The notes under the pieces: generated by a model
The model's input: only the letters and a program-made list of their open reading frames with translations
Database searches by the model: none
What the model was told of the DNA's origin: nothing
Made by a program: the position numbers and the translations under genes
Part shown: positions 1 to 9,514 of the stretch, in pieces
Layout of the letters: every line of letters begins with the position of its first letter
Numbering within the stretch: position 1 is the stretch's first letter
Source of the DNA: a virus
Taxonomy: Duplodnaviria > Caudoviricetes
Strand: one strand, 5' to 3'
IMG/VR virus record: IMGVR_UViG_3300048625_000103
Location: 1-62,700 of that record
Length of the DNA stretch: 62,700 nt

Positions 1-2
1 CG

Positions 3-1163
3 ATTGACCTTGCGGCTGGGGCGGGTGGGGTGAATATTAGTAATGGGGGGAGTGTTACTGGTATTACTAGGACTGCTACTGGTTCTGGGTATACGTCTGT
101 TCCAGCTGTTGCAATTACTGCACCGACTACAGTAGGCGGTGTTCAAGCCACTGCTTCACCGAATATGTACTTGGCAACTGTAGCGGTTGCTGGAGGTGGA
201 ACCGGTTACACGGTCAATGACGTTTTGACTATTGTTGGTGGAACTTTCGGAATTGTTGCCACTCTGACAGTTTCAGCAGTATCGGCTGGTGCTATTACCG
301 CAGTTACTATTTCAGCGAATGGTTATTACTCTGCTTTGCCAAGCACTCCTGCATCTGTAACAGGCGGTACAGGTTTTGGCGCTACGTTTAATCTGCTTAC
401 TTGGGGTGTATCTGGTTTAACCATCACCAACGCAGGCTCAGGCTATGTAGAACAACCCACAGTGACTTTCTCGGGCGGTGGTGGCTCTGGTGCTGCTGCT
501 TATGCTACTGTGGGTTTGGGCGTTATTTTTAGAACCCTAAATGCTGCTTTAGATTTTTATACACCTAACGGAAAATCTGCTTTCAGGGTGCAGGACTACG
601 CAGGGTCTACGGGTGATGGGTTTTGGACTGCATTTGGCGGTAACAGCTCTCCAATTTTGCGATCAACAGGTGCGAATTCTGGTTCTATTCAGACAAGCTC
701 AGGTGTCCCGCTGCAATTCGGAACTAATAACGGTGTTGAGCAATTCCGTGTAGCCCACACAGCCTCTGCTGTGAACTACGTACAGGTTACTGGGGCGGCT
801 ACTGGTGGCAGTGCAACGATTTCCGTTCAAGGTTCTGATGCAAACCCTAACTTAAATATTGTAGGTAAAGGCACTGGCGCTGTTTTATTTACAACAAACG
901 GAAGAAATGCTTTCGCAGTTGAAGGTGGAACATCGGCGGCGTCAAACTTTATTTCGGTTGTAAACGGCGCTACTGGTGTTGCTCCTCAAATTAAAGTAAG
1001 CGGGTTTAGCACAGACCCAGACGCAGACTTGGCCCTGACAACAAAGGGTACAGGCGTCCTCCGATTCGGCTCCCTAACCACCAACGCAGACGCCCCCATC
1101 ACAGGCTACATCACCATCAAAGACAGCGGCGGCACCGTCCGCAAATTGGCTGTTATTGCTTAA
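3..1163 (+). CDS. Tail fibre/tail spike protein, C-terminal part (5' part is at 62229-62700)
   Basis: Frame is open from nt 3 (IDLAAGAGGVNISNGG). G/T/A/S-rich with repeated ITxxGSGY and NY..V.GA.TG...KGTG motifs. Lies in the tail module. Confidence 0.75.
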   Translation: MDLAAGAGGVNISNGGSVTGITRTATGSGYTSVPAVAITAPTTVGGVQATASPNMYLATVAVAGGGTGYTVNDVLTIVGGTFGIVATLTVSAVSAGAITAVTISANGYYSALPSTPASVTGGTGFGATFNLLTWGVSGLTITNAGSGYVEQPTVTFSGGGGSGAAAYATVGLGVIFRTLNAALDFYTPNGKSAFRVQDYAGSTGDGFWTAFGGNSSPILRSTGANSGSIQTSSGVPLQFGTNNGVEQFRVAHTASAVNYVQVTGAATGGSATISVQGSDANPNLNIVGKGTGAVLFTTNGRNAFAVEGGTSAASNFISVVNGATGVAPQIKVSGFSTDPDADLALTTKGTGVLRFGSLTTNADAPITGYITIKDSGGTVRKLAVIA

Positions 1164-1183
1164 CTATCCATTAAGGAAAAATC

Positions 1184-1453
1184 ATGGCTCTCATTAAATC
1201 TGTCCCTACCGAGTTTGGCGTGGACGCCACTTACTGGAACATCGGCGCGGTGCAAGAAGACTTCAAGGGCAAGGGCACTGAGGTCACGCTGTACGGCTAT
1301 GCCAGCGAAGAGGCGCGCGCGCAAGGCAAGCAGCCTTTGTCTGCGGCCAAGGTGCAGTTTGCAGGCGAAGAATATGTGGCCGGTGCTGCCCGTGGAACAC
1401 TGTACGCCATCATTGCGCAGCGGCCTGAGTTTGAGGGTGCACAACAGGTTTAA
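1184..1453 (+). CDS. Small tail-fibre-associated protein
   Basis: AAGGA RBS, 89 aa, directly follows the fibre gene. Confidence 0.55.
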   Translation: MALIKSVPTEFGVDATYWNIGAVQEDFKGKGTEVTLYGYASEEARAQGKQPLSAAKVQFAGEEYVAGAARGTLYAIIAQRPEFEGAQQV

Positions 1454-1472
1454 GTAGCGTACACTTCCTAGA

Positions 1473-2360
1473 ATGCTAGGCTACTACCCACTGGCACAAT
1501 CCCCAATAGGGGGTAGTCCAACACCAAATGCATCCAACAATCTTGGGTGGGGTGGTAGCGCATGGGGAGATAATGGCTGGGGCGGTACTCTTGCGGCAAC
1601 GGGAGTTTCCTCTTCAGAAGCCGTTGGCTCAGTCACGGCTGATCGCACGATTGCCTTATCTGGCGTAGCCGCATCCGGATTAGTCGGCACCGTCGTAGCC
1701 GTAGAGACAGAAGCTGGACTTGGAGATGTTGCATACGGCAGCACAGGTTCAGTTGGCAATAGCCGCACAATCGTACTCACAGGCGTATCAGCCGCAGGCT
1801 CAGTCGGCACAGTTACCCACAGCAAAGACCTCTCCATCTCCGGGGTGGCGGCTACCGGCTCGGTGGGCACAGTGTCTCGCGGCGCTACGTTACTTGCGCT
1901 CATTGGCGTATCAGCAGACGGCCAGATTGACTCAGTTGGGGTAGACCGCGACAAGACGATCACAGGGGATTCGGCCGCAGGTTTGGTAGGAACCGTTTCA
2001 GGCGTAACGCAAGTTGATGTTTCCGGCGTATGGGCTCAGGGAATTGCGGATCGCGTTATTGTTCCGTTGCCATCCAACCAAGCGCTTGGATCTGTAGGAA
2101 CAGTCGTTAAAGAGGTTCTGATTTCGCTCACCGGAGTGGCATCTTCAGGAGCGGTAGAAAGCTTAGATAAAGCACCGCGTACACTTGCTATATCTGGATT
2201 GCAAGCACAAGGCGAAGTAGGTAGCGTAATTGCTGTTTACTGGAAGCAAATTGATGACAACCAGACACCAAACTGGCAAAATGTCAACAACACACAAACG
2301 GTTACGTGGACAGACGTTAACACGACGCAGAACACGGACTGGGTAGAAGTAACCACTTGA
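1473..2360 (+). CDS. Virion structural protein with G/S/V repeats
   Basis: GWGGxAWG motif and repeated (L/I)(S/T)GVxAxGxVGTV units; tail module context. Confidence 0.6.
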   Translation: MLGYYPLAQSPIGGSPTPNASNNLGWGGSAWGDNGWGGTLAATGVSSSEAVGSVTADRTIALSGVAASGLVGTVVAVETEAGLGDVAYGSTGSVGNSRTIVLTGVSAAGSVGTVTHSKDLSISGVAATGSVGTVSRGATLLALIGVSADGQIDSVGVDRDKTITGDSAAGLVGTVSGVTQVDVSGVWAQGIADRVIVPLPSNQALGSVGTVVKEVLISLTGVASSGAVESLDKAPRTLAISGLQAQGEVGSVIAVYWKQIDDNQTPNWQNVNNTQTVTWTDVNTTQNTDWVEVTT

Positions 2361-2367
2361 GGTAAAT

Positions 2368-4194
2368 ATGACAACAGCAGCAACATCACTCTTAGGTCTC
2401 GCGCTTCCGGTAACGGGCGAGTTGAATGGCACTTGGGGCGATACGGTCAACAACTCCATCACATCCCTGCTGGACTCAGCGATTGCTGGTACAACCACAA
2501 TCAGTACCGACGGCGACGTCACACTGACGACCACAACACTGGCCGCCAACCAAGCTCGTGAAGCGATTCTGTTGTTCTCTGGCGCACGCACAGCACAGCG
2601 TACAGTTACCGCTCCTGCCCAATCCAAACTGTACACAGTCATCAACGCAACCACTGGCGGCTTCGCGGTCAAGTTGGTAGGTGCAGGTCCAACAACAGGT
2701 TTGACTATCCCTGCTGGCGCAAGCGCTTTAGTGGCGTGGAACGGCTCGGACTTCGTTGAGATCGGCGCGACTACGATTAACAGCCTGACCGTCAGCGGGA
2801 ACTTGTCTGTTGGTGGAACCACCCTGCTGACCGGCGTAGCAACTTTGACTGCAAACCCCGTGCTTAATGGCGGCACAGCCAACGGTGTAGCCTATCTCAA
2901 CGGCTCCAAAGTCCTGACCACCGGGTCTACGCTGACGTTTGATGGGACTAACTTTGGGGTAGGAATCTCCCCTGTGTCTTCTTACAGAGCGGCTGTTAAC
3001 GGAGATTATTGGCAGGGCAACGGCGCTGGCGCAGTAATCGGCACCCTCATAAACAATGGGGGCTGGTATGAGCTTGCAGGAGCTATCAACGTCACTGGCC
3101 TGCAATTCGCACACGCCACTATCCAGCGCTGGATGTTGGGCGGCTCCGAACAAATGCGCCTAACCAGCACAGGTCTGGGTATTGGGACGAGTTCGCCGCA
3201 ACGCAAATTGCACGTTAACGCAACGCCCGGAGCTACTTACGGCGATGTTGCACGCTTTGAATCAAACGGCGCTGCTGGCCCTGTCACTTTGAGTTTTGGT
3301 GATTCTGGCACTTCTTCTGCACTACCGACAATTGGTGGCAATGGTAACGATTTGGTGTTTGGCACTGGCGCTGCTACTCAAATGCGCCTTACCCTCGCAG
3401 GCAACCTAGGCTTGGGTGTTACTCCTAGTGCTTGGAATGCGTACAAGCATATTGATGTTGGCGCATTTAATGGCATTTATGGTGACAATAATTCTGCTTT
3501 TAATCGTGAAATTGGGTTGTACACAAACGCCTATTACAGCAGTGGGTGGAAATACGCAGTTACCGGAAGCGCCGCAAACTGGTTTGTAGCCTATAACGGC
3601 ACATACGCTTGGAACACCGCCCCCTCCGGCACAGCAGGAAACGCCATCACTTTCACTCAGGCTATGACGCTTGATGCTAGTGGGAATTTGTTGGCGGGGG
3701 ACACTTCTAATGTGTTTGACAGCACTGTACGACTTTATGCAAAATCGTCAGGCTTTGCTGCATTTTTCCGCACTACAGCTTCATCAGGTTACTCAGCAGC
3801 GGCTTTCAGTAGGGACGGCAACGATGGAAACGTTTGCCAATTTTATCGTGTTTATAACGGTTCTGCGGTAGGTTCAATTTCGGTTACAGCGTCGGCTACA
3901 GCATACAACACAAGCTCCGATTACCGCCTCAAAGACATCACAGGCCCAATCACAACCTCTGGCGCTTACATTGACAGCTTGAACCCCGTTGAAGGCACAT
4001 GGAAAGCTGATGGCTCTACCTTTGTTGGTTTAATTGCGCACGAAGCACAAGAAGCCTCACGCACTCAGGTAGCTACAGGCGTCAAAGATGGTGCAGAAAT
4101 GCAAGGCATGGATTACTCTAGTGCTGAAATCATTGCCAACCTGATTGCTGAAATCCAATCACTCCGTAAACGCCTCGCAGCAGCAGGTATCTAA
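2368..4194 (+). CDS. Tail fibre with C-terminal intramolecular chaperone (peptidase S74-type) domain
   Basis: MRLTSTGLGIGT and MTLDASGNLL fibre repeats; TSSDYRLKD autocleavage motif followed by GLIAHE and a terminal coiled coil. Confidence 0.85.
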   Translation: MTTAATSLLGLALPVTGELNGTWGDTVNNSITSLLDSAIAGTTTISTDGDVTLTTTTLAANQAREAILLFSGARTAQRTVTAPAQSKLYTVINATTGGFAVKLVGAGPTTGLTIPAGASALVAWNGSDFVEIGATTINSLTVSGNLSVGGTTLLTGVATLTANPVLNGGTANGVAYLNGSKVLTTGSTLTFDGTNFGVGISPVSSYRAAVNGDYWQGNGAGAVIGTLINNGGWYELAGAINVTGLQFAHATIQRWMLGGSEQMRLTSTGLGIGTSSPQRKLHVNATPGATYGDVARFESNGAAGPVTLSFGDSGTSSALPTIGGNGNDLVFGTGAATQMRLTLAGNLGLGVTPSAWNAYKHIDVGAFNGIYGDNNSAFNREIGLYTNAYYSSGWKYAVTGSAANWFVAYNGTYAWNTAPSGTAGNAITFTQAMTLDASGNLLAGDTSNVFDSTVRLYAKSSGFAAFFRTTASSGYSAAAFSRDGNDGNVCQFYRVYNGSAVGSISVTASATAYNTSSDYRLKDITGPITTSGAYIDSLNPVEGTWKADGSTFVGLIAHEAQEASRTQVATGVKDGAEMQGMDYSSAEIIANLIAEIQSLRKRLAAAGI

Positions 4195-4212
4195 CCCAAA
4201 GGAAAAATCAAC

Positions 4213-4521
4213 ATGACAACTCAATTCAACTGGTCTGTACCAATGATGGATCGCCTCACTTCTGACGGCTTTGTTTGCACAGTCCATTACAACGTCACAG
4301 CCACGGATGACACCTTCAGCGCCAGCACCTACGGCACTATCGGCTACACCCAACAGCCTGATGAGACCTACACACCCTGCGCTGATCTGACTCAAGAACA
4401 AGTCGTTGGTTGGGTGCAAACCTCGCTTGGCAAAGACACCGTGGAAGCCAGCCTGCAAAACCAAATTGACTTGCAAAAGAACCCCGTGCAGGCAGCGGGT
4501 GTGCCTTGGTTAACGGTGTAA
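4213..4521 (+). CDS. Tail fibre-associated/assembly protein
   Basis: AAGGA RBS, follows the fibre gene, LTQEQVVGWV...NP...GVPW pattern. Confidence 0.6.
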   Translation: MTTQFNWSVPMMDRLTSDGFVCTVHYNVTATDDTFSASTYGTIGYTQQPDETYTPCADLTQEQVVGWVQTSLGKDTVEASLQNQIDLQKNPVQAAGVPWLTV

Positions 4522-4533
4522 GAAGCAAAAAAA

Positions 4534-4887
4534 ATGATAGACATTTCACAGTACACGTTAAATAAAATACTACTAGCGATCGGGGCGTTGGCTGGTGTTT
4601 CCATTATGAATGTGATGTGGCAACCGAAGTTTATTAAGCATAAAGGGGTTATCGCGGCGGCTATGATTTCCACAGCAATTGCAATTACGCTGGCACTGAC
4701 TGCGGGTGGCGCATTGCTAATTTGGTTGGGCGTTGACCAAGCCAAAGCCGATCTTGTTTTGTTTGTTGGCGTTGCCATCGGAGCGCTATCACCGTTCGCC
4801 CTGAACTCTCTGCGTAACTTCTTCGAAAAATACGAAGAAAAAGACATTATTGAACTCAAAGATGTTGTTAAAGGCATCAAAAAATGA
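4534..4887 (+). CDS. Holin-like membrane protein (about 3 TM segments)
   Basis: Three hydrophobic segments and a charged C-terminus. Confidence 0.5.
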   Translation: MIDISQYTLNKILLAIGALAGVSIMNVMWQPKFIKHKGVIAAAMISTAIAITLALTAGGALLIWLGVDQAKADLVLFVGVAIGALSPFALNSLRNFFEKYEEKDIIELKDVVKGIKK

Positions 4888-5174
4888 GCACGTTAATGGT
4901 TGAGTTTTGGTTGTTGGTGGTTATGGCGTTTAGCTTAATTGCGCTGGCAATTGCAACGGTATTGATCTACAGCCCGTACTGGCAGATTCGAGACAAACCT
5001 TTTCGAGTTGGGTTTCTGCTACTGTGTCTAGGGCTTGGAGTCCAGACGTTTAGGTCGCTTCACTTCTTGCAATTTAACAGCTACCCTGTTGACTTTTACT
5101 TTCCGACGTGGATTGTCAAAGACGCAGGATTTTGCCTCATCGTTTACTCTGAGTTTAAGAAATCTCAAAAATGA
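4884..5174 (+). CDS. Small membrane protein
   Basis: ATGA overlap with the upstream gene; 2-3 hydrophobic segments. Confidence 0.5.
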   Translation: MSTLMVEFWLLVVMAFSLIALAIATVLIYSPYWQIRDKPFRVGFLLLCLGLGVQTFRSLHFLQFNSYPVDFYFPTWIVKDAGFCLIVYSEFKKSQK

Positions 5175-5204
5175 AAACTATCAAAATTATTTTGAAGAAC
5201 TAAC

Positions 5205-5276
5205 ATGGCAATCATTCAGCATGATCTGCAAAAGAACCCCGTGCAAGCAACGGGAACACCTTGGGTTCAGGCATAA
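5205..5276 (+). pseudogene. Remnant copy of the 3' end of gene 4213-4521
   Basis: Encodes DLQKNPVQATGTPW versus DLQKNPVQAAGVPW; 19-nt exact repeat tgcaaaagaaccccgtgca at 4472-4490 and 5227-5245. Confidence 0.7.
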
Positions 5277-5327
5277 TATTCATCGGTTATTGCTGCTGCC
5301 AACTCAGTGGCTACATGAAAGTAAAAG

Positions 5328-5495
5328 ATGAACGAACCTGAAATCACACTTACCCTGCTAACGCAAGAAGCTATTGCCGTTGCCAATATTGTTGGCCAGC
5401 TGCCAACAAGCTCAAACGCATATCCGCTCTTCATGAAACTGAAGTCTCAGATTGATGCGCAATTGCCAAAGCAGGACGCCACTCCAGCGGAGTAA
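5328..5495 (+). CDS. Small hypothetical protein (55 aa, not in ORF track)
   Basis: MNEPEITLTLLTQEAIAVANIVGQLP...; purine-rich RBS; fills the intergenic gap. Confidence 0.55.
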   Translation: MNEPEITLTLLTQEAIAVANIVGQLPTSSNAYPLFMKLKSQIDAQLPKQDATPAE

Positions 5496-5498
5496 ATC

Positions 5499-6245
5499 AT
5501 TGATCCAATCAGCCTTTTGATGCTAGCTCAGTCCGCAGTTGCTGCGATACGCACAGGCTGCCAAATGCTCAGCGAAGGGAAGGCTGATCTCGACAAGTTT
5601 AAAAAGACTGTTGAAAAAGGTGTTGGGGATGCAAAAGCAATTTACAAAGAGGCAAGAGGGCTTTGGTCTTGGCTAAAGGGACTGTTTGCTAAAAAGGCAT
5701 CGAACCAAAACTCTTTGGTTCCCCCTGAAAAACAACTCGACGACATCAATGTCGCCGACATAACCAAAAGTACTAAGAAAGCAAAGCGTCCACCTGACCC
5801 GGAGCTGACTTACGAAGAGTTTCAAGCGCAGTCCGTACATGAGATCTGCGAAAATATGAAGGTCTACTTTGAGGCCATCCGCGCATTAAAGGCGCATTGT
5901 CGTGAGCTCGAGCATGATTCGGCTACGACGGATAAAGTGGCATCAAGTGCCATTGATAGGATAGAGATCGAATGGCAGCTCAAACAGCTGTCAACACAAG
6001 TTAGAGAGGCCATGGTGTACACGCCTGAGCACTTGGGTCTTCAGGATTTGTACGCGCGCTTCCTTGCAATGTATGAACAGATTCTTGATGAGCAGGAATT
6101 TGCCCGTGATGTGAAAGCCAAGAAAGATCGAGATAACGCATGGCGACACGAGCACCGCAAAGAAATCCTAATTTACAAGCTGGTGTACGCAGTAGCGGTG
6201 ATAATCGGTCTACTGGAACTGATTGGGCTGTATTTAACTCTATGA
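5499..6245 (+). CDS. Coiled-coil protein with C-terminal TM, lysis region; possible AUU start
   Basis: GGAG at 5489-5492 then ATT GAT CCA ATC (DPISLL); helical body; C-terminal hydrophobic segment. Confidence 0.6.
   Translation: MDPISLLMLAQSAVAAIRTGCQMLSEGKADLDKFKKTVEKGVGDAKAIYKEARGLWSWLKGLFAKKASNQNSLVPPEKQLDDINVADITKSTKKAKRPPDPELTYEEFQAQSVHEICENMKVYFEAIRALKAHCRELEHDSATTDKVASSAIDRIEIEWQLKQLSTQVREAMVYTPEHLGLQDLYARFLAMYEQILDEQEFARDVKAKKDRDNAWRHEHRKEILIYKLVYAVAVIIGLLELIGLYLTL
5702..5721. promoter_or_regulatory. Dispersed palindrome copy 1, GAACCAA-AACTCT-TTGGTTC
   Basis: Exact reverse complement of the copy at 59959-59978. Confidence 0.65.
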
Positions 6246-6409
6246 AAGAATTTTGGTTTTGGGTAATCATCGTCACGCTTATCATCATTGGGTTGATGGG
6301 ATTGTCGTTTTTAACCGTGTACCAAACCAAGCAGTTGAAAAAGACCGAAGCTATTTTGCTAAGGGCCGAAGAGCGTGAACGTAAACTCGAAAGGAAGAAG
6401 GATGAATAA
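6242..6409 (+). CDS. Small N-terminal TM plus coiled-coil protein (spanin-like or lysis accessory)
   Basis: MKEFWFWVIIVTLIIIG TM, then a charged helix; overlaps both neighbours. Confidence 0.5.
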   Translation: MKEFWFWVIIVTLIIIGLMGLSFLTVYQTKQLKKTEAILLRAEERERKLERKKDE

Positions 6410-6863
6410 CCTGTTCAATCTACTCAAAGACATCGCGCCGACATTGGCGACGGCCGTTGCAGGCCCGTTTGGTGGTGCCGCCGTTAGCGCTCTGGCCGCT
6501 AAGTTTGGCGTGTCTGACAGCGTTGAGGCGGTGGCAAAAGCCATTTCTGGCGATCCTGCGGCCGCAGCAAAGTTGCAAGAGCTAGAGTTGGAATACGCAA
6601 AACTCGACGCCGCTGACCGTGACTCTGCACGTAGAAATGAAGTTGCTTTGGCAACCAGCGAACAAGTACCCGTACTGAACAAATCGGTGACGCCTGTACT
6701 CGCCATCATCATCGTGTTGGCTTGGGGGTTTATCCAGTACCACTTGCTGACGCATGTTGTGGCTACCGAGATGCGCGAGATCATCATTCGCGTGTTGGGT
6801 ACGCTTGATGGTGCATTGGTCATGGTTTTGTCCTATTACTTTGGCGCGAGCCATAAACACTGA
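6402..6863 (+). CDS. Holin (GTA 3TM-holin-like)
   Basis: APTLATAVAGP N-terminus, DRDSARR motif, two TMs, YYFGAS end; immediately upstream of the endolysin. Confidence 0.7.
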   Translation: MNNLFNLLKDIAPTLATAVAGPFGGAAVSALAAKFGVSDSVEAVAKAISGDPAAAAKLQELELEYAKLDAADRDSARRNEVALATSEQVPVLNKSVTPVLAIIIVLAWGFIQYHLLTHVVATEMREIIIRVLGTLDGALVMVLSYYFGASHKH

Positions 6864-6870
6864 GACTTTT

Positions 6871-7395
6871 ATGCACAACAACTTTGACTTTGCTTTTGAA
6901 CGTGTCATCCAATCGGAAGGCGGCTATGTAAATGACCCTCATGACGCAGGTGGCGAAACTAATCTGGGGGTCACTAAGGCTGCTTGGAGCGCTTATATTG
7001 GCCGGGCTATTCAGGATGGTGAGATGAAGGCTTTGACGGTTGACGCAGTCAAGCCGTTCTACAAAAAAATGTATTGGGACAAGATGCACTGCGATGATTT
7101 ACCAAAAGGTCTTGACTACGCAGCGTTTGACTTTGCGGTGAATGCCGGTGTTGGCCAGTCCTCCAAATTTATTCAGCGCTGCGTAGGCGCAAAGGATGAC
7201 GGATCGATTGGGCCTGCAACGATGGCTGCTGTTGCAAAGGCTGACCCTCGGATGCTACTGCTTGGGTTTGCCAATCAGAAAGTGCTGTTCTACCGCAGTC
7301 TGGTCGAGAAGAACGCTACACAAGAAAAGTTCCTCAAAGGATGGTTGGCACGAGCTTCGGATGTTGAAAGCAAAGCCATGACAATGCTTGCTTGA
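6871..7395 (+). CDS. Endolysin, glycoside hydrolase family 108 with peptidoglycan-binding C-terminus
   Basis: EGGYVNDPHDAGGETNLGVT, FDFAVNAG, DGSIGPAT and FLKGWLAR motifs. Confidence 0.9.
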   Translation: MHNNFDFAFERVIQSEGGYVNDPHDAGGETNLGVTKAAWSAYIGRAIQDGEMKALTVDAVKPFYKKMYWDKMHCDDLPKGLDYAAFDFAVNAGVGQSSKFIQRCVGAKDDGSIGPATMAAVAKADPRMLLLGFANQKVLFYRSLVEKNATQEKFLKGWLARASDVESKAMTMLA

Positions 7396-7420
7396 TCTTC
7401 ACACCACTTGATGGGAAAAT
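7392..7420 (+). promoter_or_regulatory. Putative sigma70-like promoter, possibly leaderless
   Basis: TTGATC-17 nt-GAAAAT; ATG at 7427 is 6 nt after the -10 and has no SD. Confidence 0.35.
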
Positions 7421-7426
7421 GTCGCC

Positions 7427-9514
7427 ATGCCTCTACAGAAAATCCTCTTTAAACCGGGCGTGAACAGAGAGAATACGCGCTACACCACAGAAGGTGGTTA
7501 CTATGATTGCGACAAAATCCGTTTCCGCCAAGGAACACCAGAAAAAATTGGCGGATGGATGCAGATTTCGGCTGCAAGGTTTTTAGGTACTTGCCGATCG
7601 CTTTGGAACTGGGTAACTCTGGGCGGTGCAAACCTGCTTGGCGTTGGCACAAATTCGAAGTTTTATATTGAAAACGGTGGCGCTTATTATGACGTAACGC
7701 CTATCCGTTCTGAAGTTGCGCTGACAAATCCATTTGCTACACAAAACACAAGCACCACAGTTACCGTAACAGACGCTAATGGCGGATACAAAAACGGCGA
7801 TTACGTTACCTTTTACAACAGCACTGCCGTTGGCGGCCTGACCATTGTTGGGGAATACCAAATAACGTATTCTTCTGGATCAACATACCGTATTACAGCC
7901 GCATCTGCGGCAACATCAACTGCCACAGGCGGCGGTACGGTTTATGCTGTTTACCAAGTAAACACAGGTACAGACGTTGAGGTTCCAGCTGTTGGCTGGG
8001 GCGCTGGCGCTTGGAGCTCTGGAACTTGGGGTATTGGAACAACATCAACAACTTCTTTGCGCATCTGGAACCAAGAAAACTTTGGTCAGAATTTGCTTTA
8101 TGGTCCACGCAATGGCCCTTTGTACTTCTGGGACGCAACAATTGGCTACGCGCCACTGACAGTCACAATCTCCAATGCCTCACCTGCTGTTGTATCGACA
8201 ACCATCAATGCCTATGAAGGCATGGCCATGTCTTTCAGCACTACGGGCGCGCTGCCGACCCCACTGTTACCGGGTGTAACTTATTACGCAAAAAACGTAA
8301 CAGGCACCACGTTTAACCTGTCTTCTACTTTTGGTGGAGCGGCGATCAACACAAGTTCAGCCGGGTCTGGGATTCAAACAATTTCCCCTCGCGGCGTGCC
8401 CCTAACGGAATTGGCTGGCGCTTCGCAAACTCCACTGTCTCAAGGTTATTTCCTTGTATCTGATCAAAGCAGATTCACCATCTTCTTTGGTACCAATGAT
8501 GTTGGAAGCGTTGTGTTTGATCCAATGTTGATTCGTTGGTCAGATCAAGAATCTCTGACAGAGTGGAATCCACAAATTACAAACCAAGCTGGCAGTGTTC
8601 GCTTGTCTAGTGGATCAAAAATTGTCACCGCGCTGCAAAGCCGTCAAGAAATCTTGGTTTGGACTGACGCGTCACTTTATTCTCTTCAGTACCTTGGCCC
8701 TCCTTATGTATGGGGAACCCAACTCCTTACAGACAACATTTCGATCATCAGCCCTAATGCTGCCGTGATTGCTTCTGGTATTACGTACTGGATGGGGTTG
8801 GACAAGTTCTACAAATATGATGGCCGCTCGCAGACTTTGCGATGCGACTTGCGCCAGTACATTTTTGAAGACATCAATCAACAACAGGTGGAGCAAATCT
8901 TCTGTGGAACCAACGAAGGATTTAACGAAGTCTGGTGGTTCTATTGCTCTGCAAATTCAGACACTGTTGATAAATACGTTGTCTATAACTATTACGAAGA
9001 TGCTTGGTATTACGGCACCATGGCCAGAACGGCTTGGCTTGATACTGCACTTCGCGCCTACCCTGTGGCAGCCACTTACAGCAACAACATCGTTAACCAT
9101 GAAGATGGCGTTGATGACAATACGTCCGGAACCGCGCTTCCAATTAACGCATTCATCACATCTTCAGAGTTCGATATTGGCGACGGCCACAACTTTGGTT
9201 TTGTGTGGAGGATGTTGCCAGACATCACATTCCGTGGATCGGAAGGATCAAACACGCCACAAGTGACCATGACATTGATTCCGCTCAGCAACTCTGGATC
9301 TGGCTATAACAACCCAGCCTCTGAGGGTGGAGTTGATTACGGAACTGTGGCTCGCATTGGAACTTACACTGTTGAACAGTTCACTGGGCAGATTAACGTT
9401 CGGGTCCGCGGCCGCCAGATGTCGTTCAAGGTTGAATCATCACAGCTTGGTACGCAATGGCAGCTTGGTGCACCTCGTATTGACATCCGAACCGACGGCC
9501 GAAGAGGTACTTAA
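7427..9514 (+). CDS. Tail nozzle/DNA-stabilisation (tail tubular B-like) protein
   Basis: 695 aa beta-rich; IRWSDQE, YWMG and C-terminal RVRGRQ...DGRR motifs; precedes the ejection genes. Confidence 0.7.
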   Translation: MPLQKILFKPGVNRENTRYTTEGGYYDCDKIRFRQGTPEKIGGWMQISAARFLGTCRSLWNWVTLGGANLLGVGTNSKFYIENGGAYYDVTPIRSEVALTNPFATQNTSTTVTVTDANGGYKNGDYVTFYNSTAVGGLTIVGEYQITYSSGSTYRITAASAATSTATGGGTVYAVYQVNTGTDVEVPAVGWGAGAWSSGTWGIGTTSTTSLRIWNQENFGQNLLYGPRNGPLYFWDATIGYAPLTVTISNASPAVVSTTINAYEGMAMSFSTTGALPTPLLPGVTYYAKNVTGTTFNLSSTFGGAAINTSSAGSGIQTISPRGVPLTELAGASQTPLSQGYFLVSDQSRFTIFFGTNDVGSVVFDPMLIRWSDQESLTEWNPQITNQAGSVRLSSGSKIVTALQSRQEILVWTDASLYSLQYLGPPYVWGTQLLTDNISIISPNAAVIASGITYWMGLDKFYKYDGRSQTLRCDLRQYIFEDINQQQVEQIFCGTNEGFNEVWWFYCSANSDTVDKYVVYNYYEDAWYYGTMARTAWLDTALRAYPVAATYSNNIVNHEDGVDDNTSGTALPINAFITSSEFDIGDGHNFGFVWRMLPDITFRGSEGSNTPQVTMTLIPLSNSGSGYNNPASEGGVDYGTVARIGTYTVEQFTGQINVRVRGRQMSFKVESSQLGTQWQLGAPRIDIRTDGRRGT

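Noticed and set aside
2368-4194. Diversity-generating retroelement acting on tail fibres
   Set aside because: No reverse transcriptase and no template/variable repeat pair with adenine-specific differences seen.
8068-8088. Possible sixth palindrome copy (gaaccaagaaaactttggtca)
   Set aside because: Spacer length and right arm do not match; explained by coding sequence.
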